Shown here piece by piece: positions 1 through 10,717 of a stretch of DNA of 64,000 nt. The DNA is from Octopus vulgaris (Eukaryota). The stretch covers positions 9,548,001 through 9,612,000 of the forward strand of contig OX597830.1 of assembly GCA_951406725.2 (NCBI GenBank). The letters run 5' to 3'. Numbering within the stretch: position 1 is the first letter of the stretch; the number at the start of each line of letters is the position of its first letter. The notes beneath the pieces are model-generated. The model saw nothing but the letters and a program-made list of their open reading frames with translations, was not told the DNA's origin and made no database searches. The position numbers were made by a program, and so were the translations under genes.

Positions 1-187
1 GGAGGAGGAAAGAGTGAGAGAAAGTTGTGGCGAAAGAGTCCGCAATAGTTCGACATTATTTTCTGCCGAAGCCGCGTAGATCTTAGGTGTTTCCCTCATA
101 AACACACATGCATCGCCCGACTGAGATTCGAACCCGCGATCCCTCAACCGCGAGTCCGCTGCTCTAACCACTAGGCCATATACCTCC
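1..187 (-). mobile_element. tRNA-derived SINE, head type B (5' part, cut by window edge)
   Basis: Minus strand reads GGAGGTATATGGCCTAGTGGTTAGAGCAGCGGACTCGCGGTTGAGGGATCGCGGGTTCGAATCTC with A/B boxes; similar to copies at 28639 and 43411. Confidence 0.8.
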
Positions 188-189
188 TC

Positions 190-296
190 AAAAAATATGG
201 AACCCTTCACAAATTTGCGTGTCATCCTTGCGCAGGGCCATACTAATCTTCTCTGTCTTGTTCTAATTTTAGGATATGTACCGGTGTAGCTAGTAC
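190..296 (-). pseudogene. U6: Full-length U6 snRNA pseudogene
   Basis: Reverse complement GTACTAGCTACACCGGTACATATCCTAAAATTAGAACAAGACAGAGAAGATTAGTATGGCCCTGCGCAAGGATGACACGCAAATTTGTGAAGGGTTCCATATTTTTT aligns to canonical U6; ACAGAGA box kept, catalytic AGC triad changed to AGT, 5' stem disrupted. Confidence 0.92.
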
Positions 297-504
297 ACAA
301 CTCAATTTCCCCCATTGAAATTAACTAAAATATAATTAATCCGTTCCATCCCTCGAAGACCCCCACAAAAATACTTTTTTATGGGTTCTAAAACAGAAAC
401 GGTGTAGTTACAAGTAAAATGATGGTTATGAAAAAAAGAGAATGCAAAAGAAATATGTAAACTGGTTTTATTAACTGAAATACCTGAAAGAGGGGACGAT
501 ATGT

Positions 505-617
505 GTGCTCGTACTGCGGATTTCCGCTCGTACTTCAAGACATAAATTCGTACGGGTCTCGGCTCGTACAGCAAATTACTCGTACAGTGGAGCATTCGTA
601 CTGCGAGGGTCTACTGT
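505..617. mobile_element. Right end of a pogo/Tigger-like DNA transposon or MITE
   Basis: Repeated subterminal CTCGTAC motifs ending CGAGGGTCTACTG followed by TA. Confidence 0.5.
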
Positions 618-672
618 ACAAATTAACGTTAAACTGAAGTATTACTCAAAACCTTTTGGTACGTTTTCTATA

Positions 673-1060
673 TTTTATCTTTAGTTGTTTCGCTCATTAG
701 ACGGCGGCCATGCTGGGGCACCGCCCTGAAGAATTTTTAAACTTTGGTATGTTTTCGGTTCACATTTTCCCGAATCGCTAGGTCACGGGAACGTAAGCAA
801 ACGAACACCGGTTAGCAAACGGTGGGGGGGGGGCAAGCACGGATACGAAGGCGCACATACACAGACATACACGCACACGCACACATACATATACATACAA
901 CAGGCTTCTTTCAGTTTGTATCTGCCAAATCCACTCACAAGGCTTTGGTTGGCCCATGGATATAGTAGAAGATACTTATCCCAGTTGTTGTGCTGTGGGA
1001 ATGAACCCGGAACCATACGGTTAGTAAGGAATTTGCTTATCACACAGCTACGCCTGCGCC
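673..1060 (-). mobile_element. tRNA-derived SINE family A (CORE-like body), diverged
   Basis: Aligns to the intact copy at 17429-17840. Confidence 0.8.
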
Positions 1061-1169
1061 TTATTTATTAAACTTCTATAAGAAAAAGAAACCATTGTGT
1101 CTTTGCAGTTTCGGACTGTTAGCCTTCGTCGCCTGCATACACACGTACGCACAAGCATGCACGCATCCA

Positions 1170-1272
<103 letters not shown>

Positions 1273-1749
1273 ACACAAAACATACAAACAACCACAGGGC
1301 GTCATGTGATGCTACATGTTTACTTTCATGCCAAATCACGGACTCAGAATAACAGATCCGACCCTAAATAATTCCACATCTAAAAGATTGAGTAGTGTAC
1401 AAGTGAAGTTAAGCGTCGTCTGATTAAACATCGACACTAAGTCTCTTCAGTCAGTTACCACTGACACAGAACTAAAACTAGGGATATTTCAAATTCCAGA
1501 CTTAGTCCCTGTGGGCCCTGTTCTCCAATTCATTACCCTAAAGGATATGTAAAATCGGGTGTGGTACACAAAAATGTAGAGACTTGTTTTTTTCTTTGCT
1601 GTTTAGATCAGTTCTGATTTGACGAGACTAATGACTAAAGGCGTTCTAACTATGACCATTCCGTGAGATATGATATGAGGAAGACTTGGCTGCTGTGTCT
1701 CGCAGAGATATTTATACTGTGTAGTGATTTTCTTATATGTATTTGTAGT

Positions 1750-2115
1750 GGAGATGCAATGGCCCAGTGGTAAGGGCAACGGTCGTTGGATCGCGGTTTC
1801 GATTCCCAGACCAGACGTTGTGAGTGTTTATTGAGCGAAAGCACCAAAAGTTCCACTGGCTCCGGCAGGGGGTGGTGGCGAATCCTGCTGTATCCTTTCA
1901 CAACAACTTTCTTTCACTCTTTCTTCCTGTTTCTGTCGTATCTGTATTTCAAAGGGCCAGCCTTGTTACACTGTGTCATGCTGAATTTCTTCCGAGAACT
2001 ACGTTTAGGGTACACGTGTCTGTGGAGTGCTCAGCCACTTGCTCGTTAATTTTACGAGCAGGCTATTCCGTTGATCGATCAACTGGAATCCTCGTCGTAG
2101 TAACCGACGGAGTGC
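1750..2115 (+). mobile_element. SINE head B with tail 1
   Basis: GGAGATGCAATGGCCCAGTGG ... GTAACCGACGGAGTGC; matches 28639-28990. Confidence 0.85.
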
Positions 2116-2221
2116 CACGATATGTGTTTGTACGTGTCGAAGGAGGTTGATGTGTTTGTAAATGTTTATGCGTACGTGAAGTTTTATGCATGTATAATTG
2201 CCTTACTCGATACCCTTTTTA

Positions 2222-2360
2222 TTGGAGTAAAGATTGTGTGCAAACATAACATGGCACTCCTGGTTTAGGACGAATGCTGCTGTAGTTTAACTGTACTTAC
2301 AGCAACATTCGTCCTAAACCAGGACTGCCATGTTATGTTGGCAAACAATCTTTACTCCAA
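2222..2360. repeat. Near-perfect ~140-bp foldback, arm shared with the hammerhead-bearing element at 50303-50530
   Basis: TTGGAGTAAAGATTG...GCTGTA / TACAGC...CAATCTTTACTCCAA, arms of about 62 bp. Confidence 0.85.
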
Positions 2361-2526
2361 AGTACTGTTGCTGAATATCTCTCGTTGTGAGATTTAAAAT
2401 TAGTAATTTTCGAGCCTTTTTATTGTTTGTATTTTTGTAAGTGTGTGTATTGTGGGTTTCATGTATATACATACATGCATGTCTAACTGTCTCCCTCTCT
2501 TTCTCTGTGACCTTCCCGAAATATGT

Positions 2527-2792
2527 ACTCTTTTAAACTGGGCCATGCTGGAGCACCGCCATCGGTCGAACAAAGTGACCTCAGGACTTATTCTTTGAAA
2601 GCCTAGTTCTTATTCTATCGGTGTCCTTTGCCGAACCGCTAAGTGACGAAGACGTAAACACACCAACACTGGTTGTCAAGCGGTGATATGTGGGGGCGGA
2701 CACAAACACAGACACAAAAACAGGCACTTATGGATATATACATATATATAAGACGGGCCTCTCAGTTTCCGTTTACCAAATCCAATCACAAG
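2527..2792 (-). mobile_element. SINE family A, 3' part
   Basis: GGCCATGCTGGAGCACCGCC...GCCGAACCGCTAAGTGAC matches other A copies. Confidence 0.8.
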
Positions 2793-3265
2793 CCAGGAAG
2801 ACCTCGGATGAGGTGGTGAAGTACGATCTTCGAACATTAGGCCTCACCTAGGCAATGACTAATGACCGATACTTTTGGAAATATGCTGTGTTTGAGAAGA
2901 CCCGGCAAGCCAAGTGAGACCATAACCCGTGGTTTATGCCAGGGGTGTAACCAGCCTACTTCTGCGTACCTTTCCTTGATTGGACACTAAACTCTGCTTG
3001 CGAAGACCTGTTGAAGCAAATGAAATTGAACACAAATTCGACGACTGGCACCCGTGCTAGTAGAGCACTAAGAGCACCATCCGAGCGTGATCGTTGCCAG
3101 AGCAGCTGACTGGCTTTCGTGCCGGTGGCACGAAAAAAGCACCAATCGAACGTGATTGTTACCAGCGTTGCCTTACTGGCACGTGAAAAAACATTCGAGG
3201 GAGGTCATTGCCAGTGCCGCTGGACTGGCTTCTCTGCTGGTGGCACGTAAAAAACACCATTTGAG
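2793..3265 (+). mobile_element. RTE-clade LINE 3' fragment with repetitive 3' UTR
   Basis: Translates (with lesions) to DEVVKYDLRTLGLT*AMTNDRYFWKYAVFEKTRQAK, typical of an RTE ORF C-terminus; followed by imperfect GGTGGCACG..AAAAGCACC repeats. Confidence 0.65.
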
Positions 3266-3266
3266 C

Positions 3267-3300
3267 GTTTACGTTTCGAGCAAAGCTCTTCTTCAGAAAC
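3267..3300 (-). ncRNA. Minimal hammerhead ribozyme motif (Penelope type, 2-nt stem III)
   Basis: GTTT-CTGAAGA-AGAGCTTTGCTC-GAAA-CG-TA-AAC; stem II GAGC/GCTC; stem I weak. Confidence 0.55.
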
Positions 3301-3715
3301 AGGAGACAGAGGAATGTCCAACAGAAAAGGAAGACAGAGGAAATTAAAAAGCCGATGATTCACATGTGGTTACACACACACACACATATATATATACGTA
3401 TACATACACTCACATACATATTTGTGCATGTGTACGTGTGCATATATGTGTGTTTGTGTGCGAGCTTATGTTCGAGTGTGCATGTGTGTATGCGTGCGTC
3501 TCTCACTGCTGGTAAGAAGCTGTCGAGTTTTATAGCCGTTCTCCATTTACCCCGTTATCTGATAAAGTACCCGTATGACAGAAGGTGGGCGCCGGGGTGG
3601 TAGGGGCAGTTAACTCAGCTGATGAACAGCGTGGGGACAGAAGACAAGGCGGTGGGGGCTGAAATACCTTGGGAGCGAGATATCCTAACATCATAGAAAT
3701 ACTGCAAAAAGAAGA

Positions 3716-3774
3716 AACTACCACCACTACCACCACCACTACAACTACTACTGCCACCACAACCACCACCACCT

Positions 3775-3823
<49 letters not shown>

Positions 3824-3952
3824 TACTACCACCACCACCACCACTACAACTACCACCAACACCACCACAACTACTACTACTACCACCACCACCACCACTA
3901 CACTACTACTACCGCCACCACAACCACCACTACTACAACTACTACCAACACC

Positions 3953-3984
<32 letters not shown>

Positions 3985-4120
3985 CACCACTACAACTACT
4001 AACACCACAACTACTACCGCCAACACCACCACAACTACTACTACTACTGCCACCACCACCACAACTACTACTACTACCACCACCACCACCACCACTACTA
4101 CTACTGCCACCACCACCACC

Positions 4121-4189
<69 letters not shown>

Positions 4190-4205
4190 GCTGCTGTTGT
4201 TGTTG
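3716..4205. repeat. Compound (CTA/CCA)n trinucleotide tract
   Basis: Directly visible. Confidence 0.95.
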
Positions 4206-4604
4206 CAGCTACATTTATTGATGTTGTTACTGACAGTAGGTTTCGAATGCTGGTACAGGAAGAAGGCGTTTACATCGATCCCACTGTTTAATCAGTATTT
4301 GTTTTATCGATCCGAATGGATGAAACACAAAGTCGACCTTGGTGGAATTTCATCTCAGAGCGTAAAGACAAACGAAATACCGCTAAGCGCTGTGTCCGGA
4401 GTGATAACTGTTCAGCCGACTCACCGCATGATATTAGGTTCAGGAAAAACCTCGTGCGCCGTGTTAAAATAATGCTTTCGAATACTCCGGATGGTGCTCG
4501 AAAATTAAGGTGTGTTACCTAAGTTCACTGGTAGTGAACAGCTGACATCGTAGTACATCGCCAGCGTTAGAGGCTGTGCAAAGGCAATAAAATAATAATA
4601 ATAA

Positions 4605-4790
4605 TCCTTTCTACTATAGGCACAAGGCCTGAGATTTTAGGGGAGGGTATAGTATAGTCGAATCTATAGCCCCCAGTGCTCATCTGGTATTATTTCATCG
4701 ACCTTGAAAAGATGAAAGGTAAAGTCGACCTCGGCGGGATATGCAATAACAACGTAAAGAATCGAAAAAGTGCCACATGACACTCCGACA
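4605..4790 (-). mobile_element. SINE family D fragment
   Basis: GATGAAAGGTAAAGTCGACCTCGGCGG core shared with many copies. Confidence 0.7.
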
Positions 4791-4987
4791 AGTGTCTAAG
4801 GAATACACTTTGGTGGAGGTCATAGTCGGCTTTGTTCACCCTAGTACGTGGTTGGCACTTGATCTTATCGGTCGCGAGAGAATGAAAGACAGATTGAGTC
4901 TCGATGGTTTTAAATTTGGAACTTGAAGAGGGCGGTTTTCTGCTAGCATGTGTATTTATGCATATTGATATTATATGTTATGTTAAA

Positions 4988-5308
4988 GACTCCGCCGGTT
5001 ACGACGACGAGGGTCCCAGCTGATACGATCAACGGAACAGCTTGCTCGTGAAATTAACGTGCAAATGGCTGAGCATTCCACAGACACGTGTACCCTTAAC
5101 GTAGTTCTCGGGGATAATCAGCGTGACACAGAGAGTGACAAGGCTGACCCTTTGAAATACAAGTACAACTCATTTTTGCCAGCTGAGTGGACTGGAGCAA
5201 CGTGAAATAAAGTGTCTTGCTCAAGGACACAACGCGTCGCCGGGAATCGAACTCACAACCTTACGATCATGAGCCGAATGCCCTAACCACTAAGCCACGC
5301 GCCCTCAC
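4988..5308 (-). mobile_element. SINE head C with tail 1
   Basis: Minus strand GTGAGGGCGCGTGGCTTAGTGGTTAGGGC...GAGTTCGATTCC...GTGTCCTTGAGCAAGACACTT, then the 3' half shared with B copies. Confidence 0.85.
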
Positions 5309-6689
5309 TGCATTGATATTATATATATACATATAGATATGACACATAAATTATGAAGTAAATTGACAATATACACATTGATTCAACAAAGACTCTTAGA
5401 GTCTATTCTGCAATCAGTAAAATAATCTACGATTCATTTAAAAAAAGACGATAATGAAAATTGGAAAATTGTTGAGACTCTCGAGGGAAAATGTTTATGA
5501 ATCTTCACTTGAGTGAATTTGAAAACAGGCGCCCAGGTGGGAATTAATGAATTACATTTACCAATATGGTAAGTTAAGTTTCGCTATATTGTCGTTTTAT
5601 TACATTCATCTATAGACTATTTAAGTGCTTCTAGTGCCCCTTTCCTGATAATTAAAAAGAAACTTAACTACATTTCAATTAAAAGAGAGTAATGAGTGAT
5701 TCATATCACCGTGGAATTTCTTTGTAGATACCCTTTTAATTTATCTTGGTTAATATTTTTATAAAACAACTTCGATCGGTAAAATAAGTAACGGGCTTGA
5801 AGTTCTTTTAACCACCTTTTGGGTGGTGTAATTTCCCACTCCACCAACTTGCCATTGTTATTTGCCGTGTTTTCTTTTAAAGTACAAAAATATAGTTCTT
5901 AAAATAAAAATACTTAAGGAAAAAGAAGGAAGAGTAAAACATCCAAACAAGAAGGAAGGAGAGAAAAAAAATTAGCAGTTTTTTTTAAAATAAAAGATAG
6001 ATGAAGAGAGAGCAACAGTTCAAATCACAGCAAAGGCCACTCGGTACACCAGGCCAAAATTTTAACACAATTGTTAATCAGTTAAAAATTCATTCCAATT
6101 TTCTTTTCATGGGTACTCCTTGACAGGAACAATATTGTGGAATTTTTTCTAAAAATTCCCACGGAGTTATTCCTGGACAAATTTTCAAACAAAATTTTGC
6201 CCACCAAACCAATAATTTTTACAACTAAGTGAAAAAACATTTTTCACTCAGCCTCAGGCAGACTAGAATCCTTTAAGGACTTCTTGCTTTGGAAACTAAT
6301 TGCTGTAAACAACAGACAGGAAAAATGTCTTACCTTACAGCTGGGTTTCAAAAATCTTCAATTTAAGACGGTTTCAAAAACACGTCTTACAGCTTCAGTG
6401 TCAAACTCTGATTCGCACATGCGCAATGAGGTAGCAAGCCTCCTGGTAAGCAAGCTCCTTTATTTTTTATAATTTGCCATTTAAGGCATTACACAGAGGG
6501 GACAAACAAGGACATACAAACATAAAGGGTAAGCAGCTTAACGTTTAAAAATACAATAAAATTACAATAAAACGAATGAATATTGTACAATGGTTTTCGA
6601 TAAAAATTCCCGTTTTTTTACAAAATATTATCACTTTAAGGACAGGTACCCAGTCATCCGAGTAGAGCCTTTACTTCTTCAATCCGGCC

Positions 6690-8345
6690 CCACCTACCTG
6701 GTGCCATTCATACCCAACTTCCATACCACAGGCTTCCATCTTTTCACAAAAATATCTCGTGAGAGACACCTCTTCTCCAGCCTGATCTTACTACCGAGGT
6801 GGTAACTAAAAAAGTTGATCAACCCCTGACCGGAGACAAAGGTACCTGTCACTATACCTTTCATACGCGTCTTCTATACTGTTTCTTTCAGTATGGATAC
6901 TACGCAGGCAAAACAAGCCTTCCTTTTGCTGTTGAGGAAAGGAGGTGGCACAATCTCAATGATAAACTCAGCTGATAGCTGTACTCTTCCCATCACTGGC
7001 AACAGTTGTTCGGCGAAAGCTATCAGTCCCGTTAACTCCGGACATTCCACGAATGCATGCAACACGGTTTCCTTATCCTGCTCACATCGCGGATATGACG
7101 GCGAGACGGCACTTCCGTGCCTTGACAGTTTATCACGAACAGGTAACGCCGCACGGAAACACTGCCAGGCCAAGGATTTTTAGTAATTATCCAGATATCT
7201 CAGCCTGAACGTTCTCCTGAACAAGTTGACCAATTGATTTTCATCGTAGCCCAGAGCCTCCTCCAAGGCGTCTTCAGACATAAATTCCACTAACCCGCTA
7301 TAGAAATTTGCGGTGGAACTCCCGTTGCCGGCACTGCCCGCCCGTGAGTGTAGCTGTAGTGCCTGACGGCACTCCAAGTGCCATCCTCCCAGTTTAAGTC
7401 TCCGCTTGATCCATGCCCCAATGTCCGTTAAGGATGTTAACTGAGGAAGGTAGAACCCAACGTGAGGTGACCACACCTACTCTCAGAGGTGCCTCAGCCT
7501 TAATGCGAGTTTTCGCATCCTCAGCCAAGGGATCCCTAGCCCACCCTTTAGCGACTTTTGGCAACAGACAGAGCGCCTCAAACGTAGCTTTCCTCCCTTC
7601 CACAAAAAGCGGGAGAGGATTCTTTCCAACTTGTTCAGCCACGAATCAGGGCAAGGCACCACGGTCAGTCGGTATGTGATAACAGATACTATAAACATCT
7701 GCACCATCTCCGCCTTCCCTAGCAAAGATAACGCCCGCCAAGACCAAGTCTGGGTTAGAGCAGTCACCTTGCTGGTTACCTCACTCCAATTCTTCTCTAT
7801 CTGGAGGTTTGGGCCAAACCAGACTCCTAGCAAATTAACAGGACCTTCCGTCCAACGTCCCACGACGTTATTGGACGTCATCGGCTTGCCCGTCCAGGTG
7901 CTGAGTTGCAAACCGACCGACTTGTCCCTGTTAACTTTTGCTCCGCTTATTAGCCTTTGATGGCCTCTTCCACGACGGGAAGCTGGCCCTCATCAGCCAC
8001 GATGACGGAGATGTCATCCGCGTACGCTGTAGCACCTCTTCCACACCGTAGATAATGCGGCGCGCCCCCTAGTGCCTCCAACCTCCGAAGCAATGGCCCA
8101 AGAGCCAACACACACAGAAGCGGGGACAGGGGCCACCCCTGACGAATTGAACGCTCAATCTTGAACGGCTTCGAAAAGAAACCGTTCACCTTGACGACAA
8201 ACTCGATGTCGCTGTACAAAGCAGCAATCCAACCGAGGAAGGTCGGGCCCAGGCCAGCCTTCCTGAGGAACGCCGCCAAGTACCGATGGTCGACATCATC
8301 AAATGCCTTAGACTGGTCTAAATGCACCAGTGCTCCCCCTGCGCC
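6690..8345 (-). pseudogene. LINE ORF2 remnant: reverse transcriptase and C-terminal cysteine-rich region
   Basis: LDQSKAFD, RSIRQGWPLSPLL, AYADD, LLGVWFG, GGLGIP, CEQDKETVLHAFVECP spread over frameshifted ORFs 7950-8420, 7483-7911, 7180-7476, 6874-7173. Confidence 0.92.
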
Positions 8346-8551
8346 ATAAAGTTTCCTAATCTTCACCAAGGAGTAGCGTGTGGGGGATGTGGGTGGGGGA
8401 TGTGATTGGGGAAGGTCCACGAGAACGTTTTTTTCGCACTTGAGAATTCGCCATCTGATACCTCCATGGTATCATCTGATGGGTGAGTGATAATATTTTC
8501 TGACACAGTGTTTTCTGTTGGTGCCACATCTTTCAAGGGGATTGTATAATT

Positions 8552-9466
8552 TTATTTTTGTAGGGACTTGTGCGTGCAGGGGCTGGGTTTTTCCATGTTT
8601 TGTTTTGGGACTGGCACCTCAACAACGGGAGTGGGAGTTTTTGTGTTTGTGGAGATTAATGTGTTTGCAGGGGTCGGGACTTTTTTGTTATTTGCAGGGC
8701 CTGGTGTTTGCCACAATTTACTTTGATAACAATCAGCTCGAATGTGGCCTTTTTTCCCACAATGGTAACAGGTGGGCTTTCGGCCTTCCAACTGTACCCT
8801 AAGGCAACATTGTCCCCGACGAATACCTTTCCGGAAGGACCTGAAGGTCCTCCTGTGTCCCTTAAATTATTACTGTAATGTTCCGACCAAGCCAATTCTG
8901 GGGAGCGGTTTGTAATATTTTTATTTGGTCCGCCCTATTAAACTACAGGGCGGCCTCTACATCTTGCGGGTCTTCTTCAGGTGGTACTTCGTTGATTTTC
9001 ACATGGGACGTTATTCGTCCCATATAAGTTGGTAGAAGCACCACCTCTTTGCACTTCAGGGGATGCACGGAATGCCCACGGGCCACCTCTTCCTTTGAGA
9101 AATGGACCTCAACAGAGACATATCCCTGTCCCCTCACGATATACACTATATCCTTCCATATCGGGGACAGGCACTTTTCGATTATTTCTTTTTCGAAATG
9201 TTTAAACCTGTCTTGTGGGCACAAGGTTTTATTCACTACGGTCCGTTTCTCTGTTTTTAACACAGTGGAGGAGGGTGATATCACAACATCACCTCCCTCC
9301 TCCTTCGTCCTTTTGAAATATTCCTGTAACATATCTGTCGAAATATCAATATTTTCGGTTGCCACTGCGGCAACCGCCGCAAACTTTTTCATAGTGTTGG
9401 CGCAATTGCCGACATCAACATTGCTCTCTACAAGAGCACATTGTTCACGAATGATTTCAACCGACA
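8552..9466 (-). pseudogene. LINE ORF1 remnant (gag-like, zinc knuckle)
   Basis: ORF 8943-9551 followed by frameshifted ORF 8552-8791 with CYHCGKKGHIRADC (CX2CX4HX4C), directly upstream of the RT. Confidence 0.8.
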
Positions 9467-10247
9467 TGGTTGAAATAAATACAATTTTAAAAAATGGGTT
9501 TCCCACAAAATTGGGAAACCTATAAAAAGGTTTTCCTCTCGCAGAGGACAATAATAATTTCTTTTAAAACAGCAATCCAAAGTTCAAATCCCACCCCCGC
9601 TAGGGGGATGAGCACAAAAGTTAATCGAAAAAGACTATTCACAGTTCGACAAATAACAAACTGCCACAATGGCCAACAATTGTAGTTCAATAATTTTTAA
9701 ACAAATTGTATTTTAAAACAAATTATTCCCCCGGTAAAACCGGGAAACAAAACAGTTCAATAATATTCAACAACCTCGCGTTCAAAAACAAAAAGGTAAT
9801 CCAAAAAGTAGTCAAACAAAACAGTAACAAGAATAACACAGCAGAAATTCTTACCACGAAGAATCAGATCGCGTTTGAACGACAAAATATTAAACAAGCT
9901 AATTGCCGCACAGCCATTCTTGTTTTTCTTTTTCGCTTTATTACATTTTTTACGAACGCGAACGAAAAAAACTATTAATATTTGTTTGCATATGAAATTC
10001 AAACGGAAGTTGACATTTAAAACAGAAGCGAATCTTGTAATGTTAACTATTATAATTTATGTTTAATATACAAATAAATTTTATAGTTTAAGAATTTTTT
10101 TTAATATTCATATATAATTTGTTCAAAGTAATATGACTTCTATTTAATAACATGGAAAAAAACCTGGACACAGTCCCACACTTCTTCAATCATTATATTA
10201 TAGATATACGAATCCCTGGCACTAATGAATCTATTCTCAGTGCGTTC

Positions 10248-10717
10248 CGTCCGAGTCATTGATAAAGATTGTACTACCTTCCTCTTTCACCAAAGAAAAG
10301 AAGGTGGCTTTTCTCTGCGTAGTAACCATACTGAAAGATGTGCAAGCGAAAGGGATTGCGACAGGCCAATTCATCTCCGGACTTGGGCTGGTAAATTACT
10401 TCGCCGCCCATCTTTCTAGCAAGATCCGTCTGGAGAGGAGGAGCCTGACGCAAAGTGCGTTTGGAAAAAGATGGACGACAGCGGTAAGAAAGATGAGAAT
10501 GCACGAGGCTGTACTTGCACGGTCGGTCGGAGCATAAAAGAAAAGAAAAAGATTACCAAAAGAGATAACCGACCGGCGATTAATTCACTTGCCCGGAACC
10601 CAAATTCCTTCCAATCATCACGTATATTTTTAAATCCCATCCGTATATGTAAATCCATCTGTCTTTCCTTGTAACGTCCCCTCTATGTAAACCTTTTTAT
10701 AGGTAAATAAAGAAATA
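10248..10717 (+). mobile_element. 5'-truncated Tx1-type LINE with 16-bp TSD
   Basis: IKIVLPSSFTKEKKVAFLCVVTILKD aligns to IEIVPPPFLNSKRKACFACVVSILKE of the large copy; TSD TATTCTCAGTGCGTTC at 10232-10247 and 10718-10733. Confidence 0.88.

Larger units (their letters stand above)
6460..9900 (-). mobile_element. L1/Tx1-type non-LTR retrotransposon, degenerate and internally deleted; 5' boundary approximate
   Basis: ORF1 pieces with CCHC knuckle, RT motifs, C-terminal zf-RVT-like region and 3' UTR in the correct order on one strand. Confidence 0.9.

Noticed and set aside
190-296. Functional U6 gene
   Set aside because: AGC triad and several other conserved positions are mutated
3614-3675. CTGATGA...GAAA hammerhead-like spacing
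   Set aside because: No stem III or NUH site and only weak stems
3669-4472. 267-aa Thr/Leu/Pro-rich mucin-like ORF
   Set aside because: (CTA/CCA)n tract reading into a SINE D fragment
6440-6465. U2 snRNA fragment (AGGAGCTTGCT) as a Keno-like Tx1 target
   Set aside because: Match is only about 11 nt and neither flank follows U2
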